This document shows, in pieces, positions 28,792 to 37,110 of a stretch of 64,000 nucleotides of DNA. A program made the position numbers and the translations under genes. Every line of letters begins with the position of its first letter. Positions within the stretch are counted from its first letter, which is position 1. The stretch is from Candidatus Limimorpha sp. GTDB taxonomy: Bacteria; Bacteroidota; Bacteroidia; Bacteroidales; F082. Below the pieces are notes generated by a model that had not been told where the DNA came from, searched no databases, and worked only from the letters and a program-made list of their open reading frames with translations. Location: NCBI GenBank assembly GCA_045117495.1, contig JBGUNT010000089.1:75-64074 (forward strand). The letters are read 5' to 3'.

Positions 28792-30038
28792 TATTCTTCC
28801 ACTAAATGATAGTATTTCGGCTCATATCCCTCCCACGCCCCTGTCAACAGCTCGGGGTGGAAGAAATGGATGAAATCAGCCAGCAATAGGTCGGGCTCGC
28901 ATTGCGACTGCTCAAAATAACCCGTTGAAAGGATATCGCAGACGATGATTTTATGGTTTTTAAAAGCATCGAAAAGCGTATAGACAGGGTTCTCTTTCCC
29001 TAAGGATTCATATGTCATCGGAAAAGGATTGGAGTTGATGACACGCCAATATTCGGCCTGCTGTGCCTTGGCGAGGATGCTCTCGGCGTCCATGGGGACG
29101 CTAGCCGTCGACGGGTTGTCTTTCCATATGTAGTCGGCACCGGCATCGGCAAAGAGTTTGGCGATATAGCTGCGGCCTCCCGCCACATACCACTGCCCGT
29201 TGAAAGCCAAGTCAGAGAATACAGTGGGACGATGCTCCACCCCGGCACAAAGTGTCGAGAGGGCTTTGTAGCGTCGTTCGATGTCGGCAAACCAAGCGTC
29301 GGCCTTATCCTCACAGCCTGCCATGATGCCGATGACACGGATCCATTCGGCACGGCCCAAGGGCGTGTTCTCCATATAATCGGCAAAGGGGAACAACACA
29401 GCACCTGTGACATTGAGACCGCCTTGGTTGCCATCGAAATAGGGCGAATACAACAAGGCGTCGGGCTTGATTTGTATCATACGCTCGATGTCAGCAGCGG
29501 CCTCCGTACCGATGTCGTAAACTTTCTCCTCTGCCAATAAGGCGCGCATGGTGGAGTCGGTGACAAAACGACCCTCAAGGATGCCTTTCACGCGGTCGAT
29601 CTCGCCAAGGCGAAGAAATACTGCCCATTGTGTGGCTGAGAACGAGACCACGGACTTGACTGGGACTCGAAGTACGCCTTTCACATCCGTATCGACGGCT
29701 TTCGTCGTGTCTTTGACCATGGCAAACTTGCCCAGCGACAAGGTGGTATCCCACGGGCAGATCACTTCCATCAGATAGCCGTAGTCTTTCTCGCTGACGA
29801 CGACATTATGCGCATAGCGCATCAGGTTGTCGACCTCGGTCTTCTCTTCCTTGACTTGATGGTTGAACCTACAGGATGATGCGGAGAACAATAATCCTAA
29901 TATCAGCAACAACCCTAATGCGTGTCGCTTCGCGTCATTGCGAGCGTAGCGCGGCAATCCAGATGTGATGCTTCCTTTCTGGATTTCTTCGTTCCTCGCA
30001 ATGACGGAATCCGTCAGTATTGGTTTATCGTTTTCCAT
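28791..30038 (-). CDS. periplasmic-binding-protein-type (BtuF/FhuD-like) ABC substrate-binding lipoprotein
   Basis: Peripla_BP_2-like segments (VKSVVSFSATQWAVFLRLGEIDRV, IKPDALLYSPY). Lipobox LFSASSC. True start is uncertain: the ATG at 30038 precedes a repeat element, and an alternative TTG at 29957 lies inside the element. Confidence 0.75.
   Translation of the reverse strand: MENDKPILTDSVIARNEEIQKGSITSGLPRYARNDAKRHALGLLLILGLLFSASSCRFNHQVKEEKTEVDNLMRYAHNVVVSEKDYGYLMEVICPWDTTLSLGKFAMVKDTTKAVDTDVKGVLRVPVKSVVSFSATQWAVFLRLGEIDRVKGILEGRFVTDSTMRALLAEEKVYDIGTEAAADIERMIQIKPDALLYSPYFDGNQGGLNVTGAVLFPFADYMENTPLGRAEWIRVIGIMAGCEDKADAWFADIERRYKALSTLCAGVEHRPTVFSDLAFNGQWYVAGGRSYIAKLFADAGADYIWKDNPSTASVPMDAESILAKAQQAEYWRVINSNPFPMTYESLGKENPVYTLFDAFKNHKIIVCDILSTGYFEQSQCEPDLLLADFIHFFHPELLTGAWEGYEPKYYHLVEE
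29924..30008. repeat. complete family-A palindromic element embedded in the 5' end of the binding-protein ORF
   Basis: Arms GTCGCTTCGCGTCATTGCGAGCGTAGCGCGGCAATCCAGA and TCTGGATTTCTTCGTTCCTCGCAATGACGG. Translated in frame as VIARNEEIQ...LPRYARNDAKRH. Confidence 0.8.
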
Positions 30039-30192
30039 TGATTTCCTCCAAGCAGTCTTTACACAGGCAGTCGCTGTAGTGTTCCTTCAGATAGGCTTTG
30101 GTGCTGTCATTGAGCTGTACTTTCACGCACCAGCAGTCGATGGAATGCACGCATTCAAACGTTTTTCCGCAACGGGGACAAGTCTTTTTCAT
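30025..30192 (-). CDS. cysteine-rich CWC-family protein
   Basis: 55 aa. CPRCG...C..IDCWC...C.CKDC pattern. Start moved to MKKTCPRCG. Confidence 0.7.
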   Translation of the reverse strand: MKKTCPRCGKTFECVHSIDCWCVKVQLNDSTKAYLKEHYSDCLCKDCLEEINGKR

Positions 30193-30252
30193 AGTCAAAA
30201 AAGGGCGTGAGACTTTTGTCTCCAAAAGCCTCACGCAAAATAAGAATATCAA

Positions 30253-31332
30253 TTATTTAAACAACATTGCACTGGGAATGACGCCCGCCTCAAATGAATT
30301 GAGCAACACACCGTCATCAGAATAACGACACACGGTACCGTTCATCATATAATTTTTGGCATCGGTCACATAGACATCACCCGTATTCGGGTTGACGGCC
30401 ATGTTATAAAGCAAACCCTGGGGCTCAGCTTCAATACGGAACGTCTCTGAAAGGATCTGCGTTCCAAGATCGAAACGACGCACTTCGTTATTATAGATCA
30501 AATAAAACATACTGCCAGTAGGATTGGCTCTCAAAGTAGAAACCGTACCTTCAAATTCATACCGTTTGGAAGCCGTCTTCATCATCGGGTCAATCTCCCA
30601 TAAGGAAGGTTGCTCGCCATAGTCTTCATCCCAAGAACGGCCCTCGCAAAGCACCCATACATGGCCATTCCTGTCAACGGCCATGCTGTTAGGCTCTTTT
30701 CCCACTTCAATTTCGGCCACCTTGACGTCGTTGTTCATGTCGATGACCTGAACCGTGTTGTAACTGTCATGCGAGGTGTTATCCACATAATAGTATGACC
30801 AGTTGCTGACATACAGTTCGTTGCCTACAGGCACCATCTTCTCGGTGGTCTTACCCGTTTCGATAAACCCGCAATGGGTCATATCTTTGGGATTCACAAT
30901 CCACAGGCCAGTACCGATGATGTCGCTGACATAAGCCTTTTCAGGCGTCACGAAGAACATCTCACGCGGCGAATAGAAGTCGGTCAGTTTAAACGGCTTC
31001 GTGGTGTCGCAAACAATCGAGTTGGCATCCACCTTATAGATAAGGTTGCTGTTGTTGACCACAATGTAAAGCTTGCCGTCAACAAGCGTCATGCTTTCGC
31101 CCACATCGCCAAGCGGTGCATCGTTCACCTTATAGAACAGGTTGTTGCAAACCGTGTCGGCTATGGGATCATAAAACGTCAAAGACGCATTTGAAAATTG
31201 GAAGTTGCCCTCGTTGAGCACCAGCACGCCTGAACCCACCGTAAAACCATTCGGATCAACGGATGGAGTGGGCTTGCAGGCGAACAGCAAGGCGGCGAGG
31301 CATGCCAACAAAAGCAAGTTAATTCTTTTCAT
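30253..31332 (-). CDS. beta-propeller surface lipoprotein (YncE/DUF5074-like; BtuG-type candidate by context)
   Basis: Lipobox LLFAC. About seven repeated blade motifs (LYIVVNNSN, AYVSD, LYVSNW, VWVLCEG, VYVTDAKN). Lies in the cobalamin-riboswitch operon. The BtuG assignment is inference. Confidence 0.65.
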   Translation of the reverse strand: MKRINLLLLACLAALLFACKPTPSVDPNGFTVGSGVLVLNEGNFQFSNASLTFYDPIADTVCNNLFYKVNDAPLGDVGESMTLVDGKLYIVVNNSNLIYKVDANSIVCDTTKPFKLTDFYSPREMFFVTPEKAYVSDIIGTGLWIVNPKDMTHCGFIETGKTTEKMVPVGNELYVSNWSYYYVDNTSHDSYNTVQVIDMNNDVKVAEIEVGKEPNSMAVDRNGHVWVLCEGRSWDEDYGEQPSLWEIDPMMKTASKRYEFEGTVSTLRANPTGSMFYLIYNNEVRRFDLGTQILSETFRIEAEPQGLLYNMAVNPNTGDVYVTDAKNYMMNGTVCRYSDDGVLLNSFEAGVIPSAMLFK

Positions 31333-31345
31333 TGAAGTTTGTATT

Positions 31346-32326
31346 TTATTGTTTTACAACTCTTTTCGTAATAGTATTCCCATCAGCTTTGATGCAGACG
31401 AAATAAATGCCTTGGTTCAAGCCACTCATGTCGACAATAGAAGATGTAGAAATCATCACCTGCTGTCCCATAAGGTTATAGATCTCAACCGATTCCAGAT
31501 TTTCGACCTTGATGGTAAGTCTGTCCCTCACGGGATTGGGATACATGGCAACAGTTTCGTCCTCATTCTCAACAACGTCATAATGATCCAAATCATGAAT
31601 CACGCCTACGGCATCCAAGTCAAAGCCACTGGAAGGAAATCCCGTTGGCCACGGGTCGTTGATAACATGACCTTCCGAGTCGTTGTTGGCATATTCAGGT
31701 TGTATACAACCCACCACGTCGACAATACGGACGTGTGTCACCTTGTTCTTGTCGAGCAATTCGTTGTCCTCCACCTCATCCAAGTCAAAAGGCGTCCCAT
31801 AAAAAGCACCGTATTTACTGGCGAAGTTATGGAGTTGTGAAGGAACAATGGAGCCTGCATTGCCTAATTGGGTCTCGGTTTGGACGTAAGTTACAGCAGG
31901 AAAACGGAAAAAATTCTCGCCATCGGAACTAACCTCCACGAAGCCAAGCTCAAGTGCCCACGTATCAGGGTTTTGTGCGTTGGCGAAGCCATTTTCGAAC
32001 ACGGCGAAATCGGGGCCAGGGCCATTATAAATCGGTGAGGCAAAAGTCAAGACGGCATTTCCACCATCGCCGAGGCTGACGACATCCATCGTCCCGCCAG
32101 GACGGCCCAGGGCCAGCGACTCATTGCCAAACGAGGCCACGCCGTTTTCAGGCTTGTCGATCCTCATCGGACCGCGCTCTACAATGCAGCCTGTAGCCCA
32201 TGCCACAAAGGCCGACGAGTCGGCATGCATGGCTGTGGTGCCAGGTTTATCTTGTGCAGGTGCAAATTGCGCCCACATTGCAACCGGCACCATAGCCATC
32301 AGCAGAAATGAGATCCTTTTTTTCAT
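31346..32326 (-). CDS. secreted protein with T9SS C-terminal sorting domain
   Basis: Signal peptide. C-terminus MYPNPVRDRLTIKV...GIYFVCIKADGNTITKRVVKQ is typical of Por_Secre_tail. Start overlaps the upstream stop (ATGA). Confidence 0.7.
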   Translation of the reverse strand: MKKRISFLLMAMVPVAMWAQFAPAQDKPGTTAMHADSSAFVAWATGCIVERGPMRIDKPENGVASFGNESLALGRPGGTMDVVSLGDGGNAVLTFASPIYNGPGPDFAVFENGFANAQNPDTWALELGFVEVSSDGENFFRFPAVTYVQTETQLGNAGSIVPSQLHNFASKYGAFYGTPFDLDEVEDNELLDKNKVTHVRIVDVVGCIQPEYANNDSEGHVINDPWPTGFPSSGFDLDAVGVIHDLDHYDVVENEDETVAMYPNPVRDRLTIKVENLESVEIYNLMGQQVMISTSSIVDMSGLNQGIYFVCIKADGNTITKRVVKQ

Positions 32327-33582
32327 TTCACCACAAGTTTGGCGGTAGTCACATTGCTGTTGTTGCTCACGCTAATGAAATACATGCCAGCATTCAGCAT
32401 TTCGGTGCTGACACGCACTTGTTCACCAACTTGTGCATCAACACTTTGCTTGCCGACCAAACGGCCTTGTAAATCGTAAACCGAAACTTCGTTAAGGCCA
32501 GCGTTTTCAAGGGTCACAAATGCCTCGCCAACAGCGGGATTCGGATAGACAACCAGGGTACTGGATTGGCTCTCGTTCACGCCCGTGTTGTCGATGGCGG
32601 GCTCAATGGGTTGTTCCCAAGAAATGGTGGTCCAGTCGGAAGACATGATACCGCAAGCATAACCGCCAACCTTCACGAAGTCACCGTCATGAATCGGTTC
32701 AGCCGACATTGCATTCTGACCCATCAAGCCATTCACGCTATGCATAGGCACATCATAGTCGGGATCGCCCCACTGTGCATCCGGGTTGGGGCACATGGTC
32801 AGATCATATTGATCATCCACATAAGTGACGTTGGTGGGAGCCGAACCGATGACCGTCAAACGGCTGTCGGCAGCGGCAATATCAGTAAGAGCTTGGAAAA
32901 CGGTGGCTTCACCATCGAAACGGTAACCCCAAGCCAAAGCAGCCTCAGTGTAGCTGCACCAGCTGATGGCAACTACAACTTCGTTTTCGCCTTCGCCGAC
33001 CCAGAACAAAATCTCGTCAGCTGAAATAGTGGCATCAATGACCTCTCCACCTGCATTCGGGTCAGTAGCAGGAATGATTTCGGTAGTCCAAGAAATAGTG
33101 GTCCAATCAGTGGACATAATACCGCAAGCATAGCCACCAACCTTAACGAAGTCGCCATCATGAATGGGTTCAGCCGACATCATGTTCTGACCCATCAAGC
33201 CATTCACGCTATGCATGGGAACATCATAGTCGGGATCGCCCCACTGTGCATCCGGGTTGGGACACATGGTCAGGTCATACTGATCATCCACGTAAGTGAC
33301 GTTGGTGGGAGCAGAACCGATGACCGTCAAACGGCTGTCGGCAGCGGCAATATCAGTAAGAGCCTGGAAAACGGTGGCCTCACCGTCGAAACGGTAGCCC
33401 CATGCCAGAGCGGTCTCAGTGTAACTGCACCAGCTGAGGGCAACCACGACTTCATTTTCGCCTTCGCCGACCCAGTATTGGATGTCGGCAGGATCGATAG
33501 TAGCATCTTGTTGTGCAAACAGGTTGGTCGTAAACAGACCAAACATTCCAAGAAGGAATAAAAGGGTAAAGTTTTTACGCAT
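32323..33582 (-). CDS. secreted T9SS-sorted protein with an internally duplicated 140-aa domain
   Basis: Signal peptide. Two near-identical domains (aa 26-165 and 183-322). C-terminal T9SS domain VYPNPAVGEAFVTL...GMYFISV. First gene after the cobalamin riboswitch. Confidence 0.75.
   Translation of the reverse strand: MRKNFTLLFLLGMFGLFTTNLFAQQDATIDPADIQYWVGEGENEVVVALSWCSYTETALAWGYRFDGEATVFQALTDIAAADSRLTVIGSAPTNVTYVDDQYDLTMCPNPDAQWGDPDYDVPMHSVNGLMGQNMMSAEPIHDGDFVKVGGYACGIMSTDWTTISWTTEIIPATDPNAGGEVIDATISADEILFWVGEGENEVVVAISWCSYTEAALAWGYRFDGEATVFQALTDIAAADSRLTVIGSAPTNVTYVDDQYDLTMCPNPDAQWGDPDYDVPMHSVNGLMGQNAMSAEPIHDGDFVKVGGYACGIMSSDWTTISWEQPIEPAIDNTGVNESQSSTLVVYPNPAVGEAFVTLENAGLNEVSVYDLQGRLVGKQSVDAQVGEQVRVSTEMLNAGMYFISVSNNSNVTTAKLVVK
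32617..33507. repeat. in-frame tandem duplication, 471-bp period (copies 32617-33036 and 33088-33507)
   Basis: The string GACCCATCAAGCC recurs at 32718 and 33189 (offset 471). The translated copies differ at about 10 of 140 residues, 6 of them in the first 11. Many nucleotide differences are synonymous. Confidence 0.9.
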
Positions 33583-33694
33583 AATAATATAATTTTAGGT
33601 TTGACATTCAATCCATTACATTAAAATGCTTTAGGGAAACGTGGATACACCTTATGCTATAAGGAAAGCCAGCTCTTGTCCCGAAAGCCTCGTT

Positions 33695-33860
33695 TCGTCG
33701 ACAGGCGGCAGGTCTTCTGACTTACTCCTTGAAGCGGGTCGCCTTCCCGAAAAACAATGTTTTCAGTGGCATAGTGACCAGCGTGAAGAGCTTACAGCAG
33801 CGGGAACTGTCCAGGATTTGCACCCGATTCCCTATTGAGCCTTGAGGCACCGCTTATCGG
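33695..33860 (-). promoter_or_regulatory. cobalamin (B12) riboswitch aptamer
   Basis: The minus strand reads GGTGCC...AATAGGGAATCGGGTGCAAATCC...GACAGTTCCCGCTGCTGTAA...GCCACTG...GGGAAGGC...AGTCAGAAGACCTGCC. The B12 box is at 33707-33722. The expression platform continues to the ATG at 33582. Confidence 0.88.
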
Positions 33861-33863
33861 TTG

Positions 33864-33871
33864 CAAAGATA
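33864..33871 (-). promoter_or_regulatory. -7 box (TATCTTTG on minus strand) driving the B12 riboswitch operon
   Basis: Plus-strand CAAAGATA immediately upstream of the riboswitch 5' end. Confidence 0.55.
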
Positions 33872-33915
33872 CAGCATTTTCTATAATAAGGTATACTATC
33901 TTCGAAAAAAGTTCC

Positions 33916-33923
33916 TATTTTTG
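33916..33923 (+). promoter_or_regulatory. -7 box TATTTTTG for the divergent large surface-protein gene
   Basis: 31 nt upstream of the ATG at 33954. Confidence 0.5.
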
Positions 33924-33953
33924 CACATCAAACAACAAATTCATCCAGTCGCA

Positions 33954-36900
33954 ATGAAAAAAGCATTTACCCTTTTTGTCACCCTGCTGTTTATGCTCGG
34001 CTTTGCCAACGCCCAAGATGTTTATTTTTCTGGCAATGGCAACGGCATAGGCAAGATTTGGAAAAACAACACTTTGATTTATAGCATCTCCGATAGCGTT
34101 AACCTCCAAGTGGAGGACCTTCATGTTGCCACAAACGGAACCGTTTATACTGCAGGCCGCGCTATTGCCTCCTCCTATGTGCTGGGACGCGTTTGGATGA
34201 ACGACTCGTGCGTCTTCAGTGCCGACACCAACACCATTATCGACCATCTGGTCCTCACCAACGACGGTTGGATGGCGGCTGGCTTCAACAACGTCTGGCA
34301 AAACGGCGAACTCCTTTATTCTTACAGTTACGAAGAAGCCGAATGCTATATCCATAGTGTAGCCTTTGACACAAACATGGACGACTTTTATGCAGGCGGT
34401 GCCATCTCCTTCAATAGCGACTCCCTCTTTCACGCCAGTGTTTGGAAAAACGACTCGCTCCTTTGGATGGAAGATACCGTTTCGAGCGTCCAAAGCATCT
34501 GTTTCGATGGCGAGGACCTCTTTGCAGCGGGATTCATGGTTGAAAACGACACCCTTTACGGTGTCATTTGGCAAAACGACTCCATCATCTACCAAATGGA
34601 AAACGCCAACTTCGGGCACATTGCTGAATTCAACGGAAGTCTCTATTGGTCGGGGCTTTCCTTGTCGGATACCATAGTCTACATTTGGCAAGACGGCGAG
34701 GTCCTTTACGCCTTGCCCGAGCTTTCTGGAATCAGCAATTTGGTCGTCAACGAGAGCGGTGTTTATTATACCGATGCACAAACGGTTTACAAAGACGGCG
34801 AAGTCCTCTATCAGCCAGGTTACACCCTCACGGGCCTTGCCGTGCTGCCCAACGAGGAAATCGCAGTCCACTCTTTACCCTGGTACGACGGTTTTGAAAC
34901 CGACAGCACTTATTGGGACGAATGGACCATCCTCGACTTCGACGGCAACGCCGAAATCGGATGGCAGCGTAACGACGAGGATGCCGCCACCGGCGACTAC
35001 AGCGCCCGTCACCAAGCTTGCGACAACATCCAAGAAGGCTGGCTCATCACCCCGCCCCTTTACCTGCTGCCCGATCAAGACTCTACTTGGATGACCTTCA
35101 AAACCATGGAGGTCAACCCGGAGAATTTCACCACCAGCAGCCTCCTGGTTTCGACCACAGGCACCGAACTCGCCGACTTCACCCAGATTTGGGCACAAGA
35201 CAATCCCACAGAAGATTGGGCTTCCGTCCGTGTCGACCTCTCTGATTACCAAGGCGACACCATCTATCTTGCCTTCAAATACAGCGGTCACCACGGCCAC
35301 GACTGGTACATCGATGACATCGCCGTTGAAGAGACTCTGACCCTCTACAACATCATCGTTGAGGCCGACAGCACCGGCTGGGGCACCGTCACTGGTGGCG
35401 GCGCCTACCATCCTGGCGACACCATCCAAATCGAGGCCTTCCCTACCGTGGGACATGAGTTCTTGCATTGGAACGACAGCATCGTCGACAACCCACGCAC
35501 CATCGTAGTCACCCAAGACAGCACTTTCACTGCCTATTTCGGCACGCTGCAATTCCTCATCGAGACCTATGCCTCACCCGAAGCCTATGGCATCGTGACG
35601 GGAGGCGGCACCTATCTTTATGGCGACACCATACAGATCGAAGCCATCCCCAACCTCGGCTACGTTTTCTTGGGCTGGGACGACGGCATCGCCGACAACC
35701 CACGCACTATCGTCGTCACCGAAAATGCCTCCTACACCGCCAACTTCGACGTACAACAATGTGTCATCACCACGGGAGTCACCCCTGAAGGGGCAGGTAC
35801 CGTGACAGGCGGCGGCACTTACGGCTATGGCGAGACAGTGACCCTGACAGCACAAAACAACGAAGGATACGTCTTCAGCCAATGGTATGACGGCGTCACC
35901 GACAGCCAACGCGACATCCTCGTCGAAGGCGACGCTACCTATATCGCCATCTTCACGCCCCTGCAATACGAAATCACAACCGCATGCCTTCCTGCCGAAG
36001 GCGGCTTCGTCGACGGTGGCGGCATCTACGACTGCGGCAGCACGGCAGTGCTCACCGCTGTAGCCAACGCAGGCTACTCCTTCCTCTGCTGGAGCGATGG
36101 CATCACCAGCAATCCGCGCTACGTCACCGTGACCCAGAACGCCACTTATACCGCCCGCTTCTTAGCAAACGCCCCGACGCAATACACGGTCACCGTACTC
36201 GCCAACGACCCGTCGCTGGGAACGGTAAGCGGCGGTGGCACCTATAATGAAGGCTCCGACATCGAAATCAGCGCCGAACCCTTTGAAGGCTGCTTCTTCA
36301 AACAATGGGACGACGGCAACACCGACAACCCGCGTCGCATCACCGTCACCGAAGACATGACCTTCATCGCCATGTTTGGCACCACTGAAACCTATACCAT
36401 CCAGGTCAGGCCTGAGAACCCGCTCTACGGCAGCGTTTACGGCGGCGGCACCTATCCTGTCAACACGGTCATCACCATCGGCGCCTTACCCGCCCAGGGT
36501 TATTACTTCTCGGGATGGCAAGACGGCAACGTCGATAACCCGCGTACCATCACCGTCACCGAAAACGCCCTTTATACCGCTTCCTTCTCTCCCAATCCTG
36601 TGGTGACCTACAATGTCACCATCAACTACGACGCTAATCATGGCTACGTCGTTGGAGGCGGCACCTTTGTGGCTGGCAGCATTATCTCTATCGCCGCCAT
36701 CCCTTATGACGGCTACCTGTTTGACAGATGGAGCGACAACTCCACCGACAACCCCAAAGAGATTCTTGTCGACCACGACATCACCTTGACTGCCTTCTTC
36801 CGATTCACCAACGTGGATGAACATGGCTCAGTCGCCTACACCCTATACCCCAACCCCGCCGACGACATGCTCCACGTGGAAGGCCTTGACGGCTCCAATG

Positions 36901-37043
36901 AAATCAAGATTTACAATACCATGGGCATGTTGGTCAAGTCAATGAACGCCGAAGGCGACGCGCTCATCCCCGTCGATGACCTGTCGTCGGGCTTGTACCT
37001 CCTGCGTATCGGGCAACATACCACTACGTTCATCAAGAAGTAG
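33954..37043 (+). CDS. large T9SS-sorted surface protein
   Basis: Start moved to MKKAFTLFVTLLFMLGFANAQ. N-terminal WxN-type repeats such as IWKNNTLIYS and VWQNGELLYS. A choice-of-anchor-J/MAM-like domain (LPWYDGFE...WLITPP). Seven B-repeats (GxVxGGGTY...F.GW.DG..DNPRTI.VT). T9SS tail LYPNPADDMLHV...GLYLLRI. Confidence 0.8.
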   Translation: MKKAFTLFVTLLFMLGFANAQDVYFSGNGNGIGKIWKNNTLIYSISDSVNLQVEDLHVATNGTVYTAGRAIASSYVLGRVWMNDSCVFSADTNTIIDHLVLTNDGWMAAGFNNVWQNGELLYSYSYEEAECYIHSVAFDTNMDDFYAGGAISFNSDSLFHASVWKNDSLLWMEDTVSSVQSICFDGEDLFAAGFMVENDTLYGVIWQNDSIIYQMENANFGHIAEFNGSLYWSGLSLSDTIVYIWQDGEVLYALPELSGISNLVVNESGVYYTDAQTVYKDGEVLYQPGYTLTGLAVLPNEEIAVHSLPWYDGFETDSTYWDEWTILDFDGNAEIGWQRNDEDAATGDYSARHQACDNIQEGWLITPPLYLLPDQDSTWMTFKTMEVNPENFTTSSLLVSTTGTELADFTQIWAQDNPTEDWASVRVDLSDYQGDTIYLAFKYSGHHGHDWYIDDIAVEETLTLYNIIVEADSTGWGTVTGGGAYHPGDTIQIEAFPTVGHEFLHWNDSIVDNPRTIVVTQDSTFTAYFGTLQFLIETYASPEAYGIVTGGGTYLYGDTIQIEAIPNLGYVFLGWDDGIADNPRTIVVTENASYTANFDVQQCVITTGVTPEGAGTVTGGGTYGYGETVTLTAQNNEGYVFSQWYDGVTDSQRDILVEGDATYIAIFTPLQYEITTACLPAEGGFVDGGGIYDCGSTAVLTAVANAGYSFLCWSDGITSNPRYVTVTQNATYTARFLANAPTQYTVTVLANDPSLGTVSGGGTYNEGSDIEISAEPFEGCFFKQWDDGNTDNPRRITVTEDMTFIAMFGTTETYTIQVRPENPLYGSVYGGGTYPVNTVITIGALPAQGYYFSGWQDGNVDNPRTITVTENALYTASFSPNPVVTYNVTINYDANHGYVVGGGTFVAGSIISIAAIPYDGYLFDRWSDNSTDNPKEILVDHDITLTAFFRFTNVDEHGSVAYTLYPNPADDMLHVEGLDGSNEIKIYNTMGMLVKSMNAEGDALIPVDDLSSGLYLLRIGQHTTTFIKK
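35343..36800 (+). repeat. seven tandem roughly 70-aa B-repeat (Listeria-Bacteroides repeat-like) modules, coding
   Basis: The motif TVTGGGTY..G.T..I.A.P..GY.F.GW.DG..DNPRTI.VTE...YTA.F recurs seven times in the translation. Confidence 0.8.
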
Positions 37044-37062
37044 GAAACGGAACACCTATAAT

Positions 37063-37096
37063 AAAAAGAGGTGGCCTTTGGGGCCACCTCTTTTTT
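37063..37096. terminator. bidirectional intrinsic terminator
   Basis: AAAAAGAGGTGGCCTTTGGGGCCACCTCTTTTTT lies between convergent genes. Confidence 0.85.
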
Positions 37097-37110
37097 ATTC
37101 ATCACAAACT

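Noticed and set aside
33861-33953. TTG-initiated extension of the large surface-protein ORF.
   Set aside because: It overlaps the divergent promoter and riboswitch region. A -7 box at 33916-33923 and a classic signal peptide support the ATG at 33954.
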